A stretch of DNA of 64,000 nt. It comes from Phoronis australis. Lineage: Eukaryota; Animalia; Phoronida. The position numbers and the translations under genes were made by a program. Below are positions 28,071 to 40,022 of this stretch, in pieces; positions within the stretch are counted from its first letter, which is position 1; the number at the start of each line of letters is the position of its first letter. Location: the NCBI GenBank assembly GCA_002633005.1, contig NMRA01000459.1, forward strand, positions 293,502-357,501, read 5' to 3'. The notes beneath the pieces were generated by a model. The model did no database searches. It saw nothing but the letters and a program-made list of their open reading frames with translations, and was not told the DNA's origin.

Positions 28071-29099
28071 ACTTCTTGTGGACGTCCAAGCGATCAGTGT
28101 TAACGTGTACGGGTGTTACGAAGCGCCAAAGGGTTCCTAAAATGTGCGCACCCAGCCTAAAATATAGGGGCTCCAATTTTTAACCACAATGCGTGCGCAG
28201 TAAACTTGAAACGTCCTTATTTTCGGGACACTATGTTTTACGAAGAGTAGAAGTTGATTTACACCGCTATGAGCGATTACCATGTTTAACAATAGACTTA
28301 GGCTAGGAATTTCATTATTTTTTAATAATGCATTTCATCAACAAAAGTATATACCCTTTACATTACAACCCAGAAATAGAATTAACATTACACCCGAGGA
28401 AAATTGTACAAATAAATTATAAGCTTATACAATGGATAACGATGTAGTTATACAAACTGGTGCACGCGCAATTATTCTTATGTTCATGGCCCAGGGTCTA
28501 ATCTTTGCACTCGAAATAATTTTGAGCATTTTCTATTTATTTTGAGCGAACTCAAGATAGGTGTCTATTATTCTGCACTCTAGTATGTCCTTACATGTAC
28601 ATGTATGCTTACGAGTTTCTAGACAAAGCCCAAGTTTGCACTTGGTGACCTCTAGAGTCGCGCTACAAACTCGAGCAAAAACTCGAGATTTTGAGTAGGA
28701 AGTCGAAATTTCGAGTTCAGACTCGAACTTGTAGCCTTTAGATAATCTGGGGGTCATTAAGTGCAGAGATAGAGAATATGTTCCCAAAAACACTCACATA
28801 AACACCTTGGGGGTATTGAACGAAAAGCTCACATTCTCACCTCACTGTGGTGCACGTGTTTAAAAGGTACAAAAGTTAATTAATCCAATCAAAATTGTTT
28901 CTCGTCATTTGAAACTCTTTTCAAGTCTTTTGTGCTCCAGCACCTAGATAACTGCGATATCATACACCAGTCGTCGAGCGCAGGTACACTTCTCCAATTA
29001 GACCGATTACAATATCAGGCAGCTAAGTAGTCTCAACAGGAAAAAAACTAGCTACCCGTCATGAACTTGATGCATAAAAAACTATTCGAATAAAATCCT

Positions 29100-29310
29100 A
29101 TTTGAGTCTTACAACCGGCAATACATTAGACATGGACTCCGGCATAGTATCTCACATTCTATTCCACATTCATAGCTTTGGCCAGGCCTTTCGAAAATCT
29201 ACAATAATAGTAACTTGCATTGATAACTGGAGTGCCTTACCGACTAAAATAAAAGAAATCACCTCAGTTGTCTCACTTAAGCATAACTTCAAACAACATA
29301 CCAATGCTTC
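29100..29310 (+). mobile_element. CR1/L2-like LINE C-terminal remnant
   Basis: TCIDNWSALPTKIKEITSVVSLKHNFKQH resembles the WN.LP..IK...S...FK end of CR1/L2 ORF2. Confidence 0.45.
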
Positions 29311-29737
29311 CGATTTGCCAGTGCCCTTAACATTAGTTCAACTTCCCTGCTATCATGAAATTAGCTTATACAGATGAAGGTGTGGATTGTTCCTTAACAG
29401 CGACAAATGTAGACACACTTTTAGGGACACTACGCCATTTTGTTGATGAGGAAACTTCCAGACACTCGAACAATACCCCGATATTAACAACGCTTACCCT
29501 GAATTCCGCAAAAGTTTTTGGTAAAATTGAGTTCTCGCTTAGTGGTCATAGAAAACTTGATTCTGGTAGCAACATGACTGTTTTCGAAAACGTTGCCAAA
29601 TTTCTATTTATTAACGGAATCATTTATTGCTGCAACTGTCACAGCTTAAAATACCACATTTGTACCGCATCTAAATAATGTGTGGTCACTCTTATTGGCA
29701 AGATATCGTGCAGCACTATCGTACGTATACATATATA

Positions 29738-29888
29738 CACAAAACGTATCGAGAGAGGCGTACATGAAGTAATATTCCACGAGACATTATTCCGCGTATC
29801 GACCTCGAGCTTCGCGGTCTCGGTCGATACGCGGAATAAGGTCGAGTGGGATATTACTTCATGTATGCCAATCGAGGTACGTTTTGTA
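29738..29888. repeat. About 150-bp palindrome (hairpin repeat; related copy at 10681-10733)
   Basis: Perfect 18-bp arms 29787-29804 / 29822-29839, extended by a 22/24 outer stem. Confidence 0.85.
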
Positions 29889-30639
29889 TTTAACTCATAC
29901 GTTTCGAATTCCTAAGTTTCTTACATTTTTGGCAGATTTTTTTAGATACTTGACCCAGACTGTTCACATGGCGGATCACATCCTATATGTACACTGTATG
30001 TACTTGCGCGTTAGGTTGCAAGTTTTCTCTTGTAAAAGAAACAGTTTTAAAAGTAACGATTTATTTCTTGAAAAGAGGTAACAAAGATGAAAACAACGAC
30101 AACTGTGCATTGAACTTGTAACATCTCCTGGAAATAGTTAAAAAACAACATTTGATATTGTAGTTTCCTAGGAATCGGCGCCTGAGTTGCAGACGATATA
30201 GTATTCAGCAACTGAAACTGAGACATAAGTGTCATATAATTAACAGTTTTGTTCCAGATTTTACGTTTAGGGCCTGGTTGCATGTCGAGTGTTAGTTGCA
30301 CTGCTGCAACTGTATACTTTAAACTATATCCGGAAAGTTTGATGATCGAACCGACTGAAAACGTCGAGTCGACATTGACCTACCTTTTGAACTTTCCATG
30401 TCAGAGGTCACTGTTGAAGTAGTGCGGGAGGTGAATACGGAAAACTTTATTACATGGCCGTATTTCTCTCGACATATTCAACACGTATGGAATAAATTAA
30501 AATTACATTGTATATGTCTACATGCATCCGTTTTTAAATTCGCAATGGCATTCTCTTACTTACCATTGAAGTTATTGCCGCACTTGCATATTGTATATTT
30601 ACAGTATTTCTAAATATGTGCATTCATCTGCAAACTGAT

Positions 30640-30668
30640 ATACATACATTCATACATACATACATACA

Positions 30669-30699
<31 letters not shown>

Positions 30700-30752
30700 G
30701 TACATACATACATACATACATACATACATACACACATACATTCATACAACAC

Positions 30753-30784
<32 letters not shown>

Positions 30785-30797
30785 GCGTGTGTGTTTG
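30640..30797. repeat. Compound microsatellite (TACA)n then (TG)n
   Basis: Directly visible. Confidence 0.95.
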
Positions 30798-31061
30798 TAT
30801 GAAAATTTGTAATTATTTAGGTTGATGCCCAGGTGTAATGCTTTCTAGCGCTTTCTGGGCTTAACTCTTATTATTCACATTTGGTATTTTCGTAGTAAAC
30901 ATTAAAAAATTAAGTGCATACTAGAGTTACACACTTATCCAAGTAGGCAGTTATCTACTAGAGCAAAGAATAACGGGCACTTGTCTTCGCACCAGTGTAG
31001 ATTAGCAAATGGCAAAACTAATTTTGAATTCAATTTTGAGTAAAAACATTAGGGCCCGCTC

Positions 31062-31999
31062 ATAGGAAGATGTCAGCAATGACAGACATCGCGTACAATG
31101 TCTGCAAGGATAGATTTGGAGTGATTGAGAAGCAGAAAGCCAACGAGCAACCAGCAGGGCCCAGTTGAAAACAAAGGAAAATAAGTGACATCCGGGCAGA
31201 ACTAAGACACCTTACCCAGGTCTGGAAGAGTGCTGACGACCAGGAGCAGGAAGACTTAGCGGCGTTGCGTGAGGAACTGAGGGACAGTTTGTTAAACCTG
31301 AGGCGGGGCGAGCGGAGAGACTTAGAAACCGACGCAAGAAGATAAAGGTTCATTAAGAATCCGTACATTTTTGTGAAACAGCTACTGGGTAGAGAGGTTG
31401 GTGGAAAGATGGAAGCCGCAAAAGAAGATCTAGAGGCTCATCTGAAGAATGTGCATAGCGACTCAGACCGCGACAGACTAGGCCTATTGCACCCACTCGA
31501 CTGGATGACCATCGAGGATCAACCAGACGTGCCCTTTGAAATGGGAGAGATAAAGCTATCTGAAGTGCAGGAAGTGGTTAAAAAGGCAAGTACAAACTCG
31601 GCACCGGTTCCCTCAGGTTTGTCCTACAAAGTCTACACGCAGTGCCCGCTCTTGGTGAGAAGACTATGGAAGCTATTGAGGGTAATTTGGAAAACCGGGA
31701 CACTCCCATGTGGATGGGACAAGGCCAAGGGTTGTTTCATCCCAAAGATATCAGCGGCGAAGGCTATAGAGGAATTCCTACCAATTTCTCTTCTCTGCGT
31801 AGAGTGCAAGATTTTCTTTGTCATAGTGTCGCGTCGCATGACAGCATATGCGTTGAGAAAAGGGTACATCAGCCCCCAGGTGCAGAAAGGAGGAATACCA
31901 GGTTATTACGGCTGTACAGAGCACACAAGCATTCTTTCTTTTCCTTTTTGACTAAAGCATGTTTTACATTTATTGTATTTTTATCCTCTTTAAATTAAG

Positions 32000-32049
<50 letters not shown>

Positions 32050-33799
32050 CTTTCGGAACTCATCAGAAAGCAACAGACTAAAGACTTAGCAATCATATGG
32101 CTTCACTTAGCGAACGCCTACGGATCAATGCCTCACCTGCTGATAGACTCAGCCATGAAGACGTACATGTATTATATTTCAGAGAAAGTTCTACTACTTA
32201 TTTGTAACTACTTCCAGAACATACGGATGACATTCACTGTGGGGTACTTCACGATGAACTGTCAGGCATTGGATAAGGGAATCAATAATATTATTTGTGA
32301 TGGGAATGAACATCTTAATTCAAAGAGCTAGTAAGGAATGCAGAGGCCCACTGTTCCAAGGGTCGAGACTACCAGTGATCAAAACATTTGTTGTTGGTCT
32401 GACCATTACTTTGGTGACCGCCAGCTTCACAGTCGGAGCAGCATGGGTGCTGAAGAAGTTGGCGGAGTTGATGAGATGGACGGAGAAGAAGTTCAAGGTA
32501 CTCATATCCAGGAGTCTGGTGTTGGCAAAGAGGATTAGTTAGTCATCATGATACTTTCAGCATTGACGGTGAATCCATTCCATCTCTGGACAAGAAGCCA
32601 TTAAAATACCTAGGTAGGAATTATGACACCACGGTGAGGGATTCCAACAATAGCCGTGCTACCATGCGTATGAGGGCGGACAACCTGAGGAAGATCGACG
32701 TGAGTGGACTTCGAGGAAGATACAGGGTTTGGTGTTACCAATTTGGGTTGCAGCCGAAACTGGCGTGGTCTCTGATTATCTACAACATACCCCTGACCAC
32801 CGTGGAATGGATGGAGAGGAAAGTCAACGCAGTCTTGAGAAAATGGTTGGGAGTACCACCAGGCTTTACGCCGAGTGTGGGTCTACACAGCAAGTCAGCA
32901 GCAGTTGCCTTACCAAGGTCGCTGGTAGCGGAGTTCAAGGTGGGGAAAGCTAGAGCCTGGATGACGTTGAGAGACACTAATGAAAACTTGGTGAGAAGTG
33001 CCAGAGTAGAGACCACAGCAGGTACAACGTGGGAAGCAGCAGCGGCTGTAGCGGAGGCAGAGAGCAGACTGCGGCACAAGGATATAGTCGGAACAGTGTG
33101 CGTAGGTAGGCAAGGGCTAGGCTTCGTACCAGCGAGGAGGTGGAAGACAACAAAAGGAAAGGAACTCTGAGATATGGTGCTTCAGGAGATACACATTGCT
33201 GAGGAGGAGAAAAGAGGTGCAATAGCAGGCTTAAAGAAGCAGGGTGACATGGACGACGTGGGATGGCTGTTTGAGAAAGAAGATCACTCCAAAGAATCTG
33301 TTGTCATCACAAAGTCAGAGACTCAGCTATGCTTTGCTTAGAGTAGAGTATTATCAACTTCCCACACCGAGGAACTTGAGTCTGTGTTGGAAATCTGAAG
33401 ACGACAGATGTGACAGGAGAACTTTACAGCACATACTGTCATATCGTGCAAAGCAGCATTAGCAGAGGGAAAGTACACCTGGCGGCATAACCAAGTGCTG
33501 AAGGCCCTGTCACATATCCTGGACATCGATAGGAGAGCGAAGAAAAAGATCAGCAGTGGAAGAGGAAATCGTCACCAGGGTTTATTCCACGAGTCAAGCG
33601 ACTGCAAGATGACGGTAGATCTACGAAGTCGAGCGGTTTTCCCAACATACATAGCAGTGACAGCAGGCCTGAAATAGTTTTGTGGTCGGACAGCCTAAAG
33701 GAATTAGCCATAATAGAACTAACAGTGCCATGGAAGACAAGGATCGATGAAGCCAACGAAAGCAAGACACTGAAGTATGAAGGTTTGATATCGGTGCAT
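31062..33799 (+). mobile_element. Decayed, 5'-truncated HERO-like RLE-type non-LTR retrotransposon, 5' part
   Basis: RT motifs APVPSGLSYKVY, GCFIPK, PISLLCVECKIFF, VQKGGIPG..GCTEHTSIL and WLHLANAYGSMPH. The catalytic FMDD equivalent is decayed to FVVG. Downstream: GKYTWRHNQVL and RLE motif RPEIVLWS...IIELTVPW. Many stops and frameshifts. Confidence 0.88.
32000..32049. repeat. (TTA)n microsatellite ending a short insert in the HERO RT
   Basis: Directly visible. Confidence 0.95.
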
Positions 33800-36065
33800 T
33801 TTTTAATAATTTTATTCTTCAACAATATACACTCATAATTTTTTAAAGGTGAAAGGGTGAACAAGGAAAAGGGGTAAGGACTTTCACTCACACACTCACA
33901 CACTCATTCACACACTTCATCATTTAATAATAATACCACTAAACAATATATGAATTAAATATATTACAGATATTACAGATCAATTGCATGGCAGCACTGA
34001 GGCTCTCCCACATTTTAATATTAATATTGTCCGGTTCTTTTTGTGTTTGATAATTAAATATTGTAGTTTTAACATATTTTAACATGAATAACTTAAGGGC
34101 AGACCAATCTGAATTCAACTGCTGTTGGCTACGTACATGTAAATAAATAAAATATTGGGCGATAGTGATATCATAATTAATCAACAGGGAGAATTCAGAA
34201 CTTAAATGGCAAAACATAAATTCATTCTTGGTTATTCTGACGTTTTCCTTAAGGGAAGATGTCAAAATATCCTGAACATTAATCAACAACCTTTGCACTA
34301 CATCGCAATGGAAAAACATGTGTTCAGTATTCTGTACTAGACTACAATAGGGACATTTATCTGAACTAACAATCTTCATCTTATACAACAAAGAGTTAGT
34401 ATGCACTCTGTTATGTAACAACATATACTAAAAAGATCTAATGCATGGTCCGAGGGGAAGTGTCAAAGGCAAGGAATAAATTTTTCGGATATCTTGTTTG
34501 GAGTAATGCTGCAACAACTTTTCATACTTGTCTGGTTTTTTGCAATACTTTTGTAACAAAATACTCTTGATTTTTTCTTTTCCAATTTTATTATAATGTA
34601 AGCAAATTTTATTGTTGCCGCCAACCAATCGCTGATGACCTTGATCAATTTTTCTAGATAAAATAATACATATTGAATTAAAACTCAGAATTTGAGAACT
34701 TAACAATTAATATTTTGCCTTGAGCACCTCCCACGATAAAAGTTTATTTTCAGCATCAAGAAAGTCATTGATGAAACATAGCTCATTCTTAGCCAACTTT
34801 ATAATATAATGACTTATTATTAAGTGTTATATCTCTGTTATGCCATATAATCTGATCACAAAGAGGCACATCTTTAAAAGCATTATGATTCAACTGCTCA
34901 CTCACCGACAAAACCTCTCTATACAAAACATCATTTACCGTTCTAAATAGTTTGCTTACTTTAAAATTACATGACCACAACAGTTCACTACCGTAATTCT
35001 TGAGGATATATTGTGGATAAAACTTCCAACTTCCACATTCAGAAGACGGAAGTCTTTTAACCCAGTTGACTAAAAGGCTTTCCTTTATAAGGGTCATGTC
35101 AGGGACTTTTAAACCACCATCTTCATGAGAGACCATTGCAACGCTTTTCTTTATTTTAGGTGGTTTCCCAGCCCAAATAAAATCATTTAAAATTTTATCT
35201 ATTCCTTTGCACAAATCCCTTGTTAATCCAAGGACAGATATAACGTGAATTAATTTGGATAATGCAAAAGCTTTAGTTACGACAATTCTTCCCTTAATGG
35301 TTAATTTTCTTGTTTTCCAAATATTTAGAACTTTCGTAAGTTCCGAAATTTTTTCTTCAAAATTTTGCCCATTTTTTCATATTTACCGAAGAAAACACCC
35401 AGACATTTAATATTTCTTTATGGCCAATTTATATCATGCATTTTCTTAAGATCAGACTGGTGGCCTCAGAACATTCCTTCGCATTTTCGCTTATTAAATT
35501 GAAGACCAGACAAGTCACCAAATATTGTGAGAAACTTAAAGCATTCTGTTCCGGACATTTCATCCTGAATAAATAAAATCGTGTCATCAGCGTACTGGTC
35601 TGACTTCATGCCCATCAATACACAATCCTTTGATTAAGGGGTTACTGCTAATGTAATGACTCATGAGCTCCACACATAGTATAAACAATTGACTACTGAA
35701 GGGGTCCTCTTGACGAAGGCCTTTCTTGACATTAAAAGAACCACATGTAAATCCGTTGTTTTGAACACAAGACCCAATATCTTTATATATTGTTTTTATA
35801 CGTTGAATAAATTTGGGACCAAATTTAAAGGCCAGAAGGGTTTTCTGAAAAAAGGACCAATTTAAACTATCACACGCTTTCTTAAAATCTAAGAATATAA
35901 TTTTTCCATTGAGATTGTTATATGCATAATACGATATTATGTCCTGTATTAATCTAATATTTTGACCAATAAATCGTTTTGAAACTGACGTTTGGTCTGG
36001 ATGAATGAGCTTATGAATGTACTTATTTAGTCGGTTGGCAATAACCTTAGTTTGTTAATAATTTG
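33800..36065 (-). mobile_element. 5'-truncated Tx1/L1-clade LINE inserted antisense into the HERO-like element
   Basis: Minus-strand RT motifs KVIANRL..IHPDQ, IGQNIRLIQD, FLDFKKACDS, KGLRQEDP and QYADDT; FIWAGKPPKIK...DGGLKVPD; C-terminal zinc finger CPYC...EHMFFHC; stop at 33939; degenerate flanking duplication. Confidence 0.9.
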
Positions 36066-36432
36066 TAGCGGTACATGACTGCACAGACAATGAGTGGAAG
36101 TGTTACAACATCCTGGTGGAAGTTGGCTGTAGAGGATTTACCACCAAGAGCTTATGGAGTTTGGCGATGATTTTGTGGCTTTCAAGACATCACGGATAGA
36201 GCTGTTTAAGACCTTTTCAGCAACAGCGGAAGCAGCTTCAACATACATCTAGCTGCAAAGAAGAAACATCTGGCAACATGACCGTCGTAAGACCTGAGGT
36301 ATGGATCCACCTCAGGGGGCCTGGGTTTTGGAGGTCGTACTGGATCAGGGCCGAAACGACCAATGACGATCATTCCTAACCACGAGCGACGGTCAGCAGC
36401 AACGACACCGCTGTTTACAAGTAAGTAAGTAG
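36066..36432 (+). mobile_element. HERO-like element, 3' part (end of RLE domain and 3' UTR)
   Basis: Resumes the RLE domain as VHDCTDNEWKCYNILVEVGCRGF...ATAEAAS. Followed by a hairpin-containing UTR and a short (GTAA)n tail at about 36419-36431. Confidence 0.85.
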
Positions 36433-37149
36433 ACCCGGGCCTAGATTATATTAATTCCTATTTTAGGATTAAATTAGCAAGTGTGATTTTAAGATCAGTC
36501 ATCCATTTTTAAATATAAATTTCAGCTCACCTTGAACAGAGCAGTGGAAAAATAACAACGAATTTACAAAATATAATTTCCTAGGACTGGCGTTCTTGAC
36601 ATTATTCGGACTACACAACAACAGTACAGTTGCTGAATGTGACCAACTGGTTGAGTCGAAAAATGCCCCCCCCCCGCCGGCACTCCCGGGACATCAACTT
36701 CTAAGATGCATTTTGTGGAGGAAATTATACGTGTAAAATAAAAAACGTTAACAAGCCAAAAAATGTCCCACGTGCATCTCTATGCAAATTAGTGACGCCA
36801 CAACCGATTTTTATTTGACGATATACTATCTGCTTCATGTAATTGATTAAATCAAGAGAGTAGACAGATATTTGAGGGCCAAGCACTACGATAAAACCAC
36901 TTTCTAAATAACTAATTTCCTCTGATTTGTATTGTACGCTTACTCACAATACTAACACTAACAATAAACATGCAAATCTGAGCTTTTATGAAACCAGATT
37001 TTCCAACTTGCCAAATGTCAACAAAAGTCTAAACTGTCTTAAGAAAAACCGCAGGGAAAATATTGCAGTGATATGTGACCAGTTACTTATTGGTGCCACA
37101 GTTCACACGTTCCATCATTTCATGTCGCTTTCATCGTTTTCTTAGAATT

Positions 37150-37680
37150 GTTCATAACTGGCCAAGTCACTTCCTCTTCACAAATATCAGTTTTTAACTG
37201 TTCAGGTGTGGAATCACCATCACGCTTGTACAGTTACTGGTTAGATCTGTAGTTTCAGTGCAGGCTGCAAGGTCATCATTGGACTTGTGAGACTTTCGTC
37301 TTTGCCAACAATTTTGCACGAATAGCACTTATACCGATGACTCGCCTGACTCTAATCGTCCAAGACACTGTCAGATGAACTCTTCCAACTCTTTTAAATC
37401 TTTAGACCTCACATCCCAATCAACGCCATGTAAGTTTCTTGAAGTACTGTGAAACTTTGGATTCGTTTCTAGCTTTGCAATGAACCCCCCTTTCCTTTAC
37501 TTTTGAATGCACTTTTGCAACCTGAACTACACAAATTCCAAGTAGATTTTCATACATGTAGCAGTCTTTTACCAGTGACTTTGCCATGTCGGAGAGATTC
37601 AGTAGTTGCGTCTGTTTTCCATGACCTGTATCGAGGTACTACAGTTAACTTTATTGCATTAGCATGATACACTGATCTCG
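37150..37680 (-). mobile_element. Fossil of an AcademX-type DNA transposon (XPG/H3TH nuclease region)
   Basis: Minus-strand frameshifted translation: YLDTGHGKQTQLLNLSDMAKSL...LLGICV...SAFKSKGK...KLETNPKFH...DWDVRSKDLKELEEFI. This resembles the DTG.G / SAF.GKGK XPG-like module of Academ-type proteins. Confidence 0.6.
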
Positions 37681-38165
37681 AGGAGAGTTACAAAGCTAAG
37701 GGTTCTGACGACAGCTTCATTTCTGTTCTAACCCTAAGTCGAAGTTATAACTCTCAGCGCCACCATGTTTTTTTGTACAATTTCGAAGTAAGCTACTGGC
37801 TTCGGACAGGGTTTTGAAGCCTTGAAATCATCTCTAATTTGATTAATGAGCAGTTTGCGACCAACAAATTTATAAGTTTGCAAATTGTTTCTCTGTGTGA
37901 CTGAAAGATGGCTACATAGCCATACGTTGATCGTTCCTTCACTGCGACTGGTGCATTGTTAACAATAAAGAGTGAAAGAGTTAAAATTCTTCGCAAACGT
38001 TGTTTTTACTCTTTCACTGCTCCACAAAACGTTCTTCACAACGCATTCCGCACATCTTAAGTGATAACCTACAGACGTACAAGAGTGAGTCGAAACATGA
38101 CAGTTCATGAATTTCTTGTAGTGTTGAGTTCAGATAACGACACATCTCTCAGAACAAACGAGCGC

Positions 38166-40022
38166 CGCGATACGCCGTAAAACGTGACAATTTCGTAAAA
38201 TGTAACCACTGTTCCATTTTACGTCATTGCTACATTTTAAGTTGCTGAGCCTATCCTAGTATGTAATAAATTGTTACATTTCACGTCGAACGCACATGCG
38301 AGAAATGAACCATTGTTACATTTTACGACACCCACGTCATATTGCAAAGAAAATGACCAAACGCACAAACAAGTGGTATCTGACACGGCCGGGGGCTCTG
38401 GAATAATTTTAGACGAGGACTACCGCCCGAAAAAAAATTGAATACCTATTCGTTGAGAGAGTAGGCTCGAACAAAAAAGTGATCCATTTGGAGTCTAATT
38501 TGTGTAAAAATTCACATTTTCACACACTTCTGTTCCAGAAAATCAAAAAAGCCACCTATTAGATATGGTTTTGTCAAAAATGTTACCATTTTGGAGAGTA
38601 TTTTTTCTGTGAAAAAAACACCCTGCTGAGACGCACTTTTCGTATAATCTTCTACAGGAATGACACGGCTGACAAGGCATGTATTTGACTAACTATTATC
38701 ATTTTTATTAGTATTACATTACTATCACTACTGTTACTACTATCATTATCGTGTTCGTTATCGTTATTATAATAATTATTATTATTATTAATATTAAATT
38801 TATTTATTGAGGACACAATACGTGTTTAGCAAGGTGCTAATACATCATGGTCTTCAAAGATTTTAGAATCGTCTCATTTATGGTGCAATGGTGTCATCGG
38901 GCTTTCCATAGTGGACGGCGAGTGCTGTTCCAAAAGGATTTTAAAGGGGTTCCCATGTTCAGCTATAACGATATTGCGAGGAACGTCTTGACAGCTGTGG
39001 ATGCAGAATAGGCCTACTTTTTGGAAACGAGGAGGTTGAGATTTAAAATCTTGTTTAGTCAAAAATTGATTATTTCTGAACTATCGGCAAGCACTGTATT
39101 ATTTGTATCCATTCGTAGTTTGCCACGAAGAACTTAATTCACACCGCAATATTGTCTTTAACTTGTTGAAAACATTCCATGTCAAAGAACTGGGGATCGT
39201 TCCACGATGATGTGTAAGTTCAAAAATTGGGTTCAGTTGAACTCTGGAGGCAGACATTTTCGAGAACTAACGACTAAACGGCTGCGGTCTCCGGGTTATT
39301 AGAATAGCTGGTAACGGACATACAAAACACACAAACTTTATGTGGAATGAGCCCGGTATTCTTAGAAAAGCACAGGGATTTAACAAAATAATTTGAACAA
39401 CGTTTAATCGAAAGTGGATTGCATGGAACAAAAACCGCCAATGTCGAAGTCAGCGATGTTTAATATGAGCATTTAATGCAATGCATCAAAAGGATTAATA
39501 TCCCAAATTCCCTTAGCTGCAACACACAAAGTGACGCCTCATGAGACAAGTGACTTCACGTCCATTAATAATAGAATGTCCAATCTTTGTCTTTATTTAT
39601 ACATACTTCGAACTAACGACCATTGACCAAATAGCAATTTTAATACACATTTTATCTTAAAGATTATGGAAAGAGAAAGTGCAAGTTTTATAATCCGAAA
39701 GGCCGACAGTCAACTTTTTTGGACTATTGCCCTTCAAACTATCGACGTAGACCAGGTTTGGGCAAAATAATCGTGTTCCTTCAGAGTGCAAAATATGTTC
39801 TATTTCCCCAGCTAGGCATCCCATTTCTACGTATACATGTCAAGGTTTTACCTGCTGTTACCACCACTATTTCAGACAAGCTTGACATCACATGAACAAT
39901 CATGGCGCCACTTTTTAAGCTAACGGCTCGCCCTTCTTAAAGGCGATATTTTACTGCTGCTTTGGCAAAATCTGTCAACAATTGTTACATTTTACGAAAT
40001 TGTTACATCTTACAGCGTTTCA
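38166..40022. mobile_element. TIR-bounded non-autonomous DNA element (possibly Ginger-like)
   Basis: Left ACGCCGTAAAACGTGACAATTTCGTAAAATGTAAC matches the reverse complement of right GTTACATTTTACGAAATTGTTACATCTTACAGCGT; GCGC on both flanks. Confidence 0.55.
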
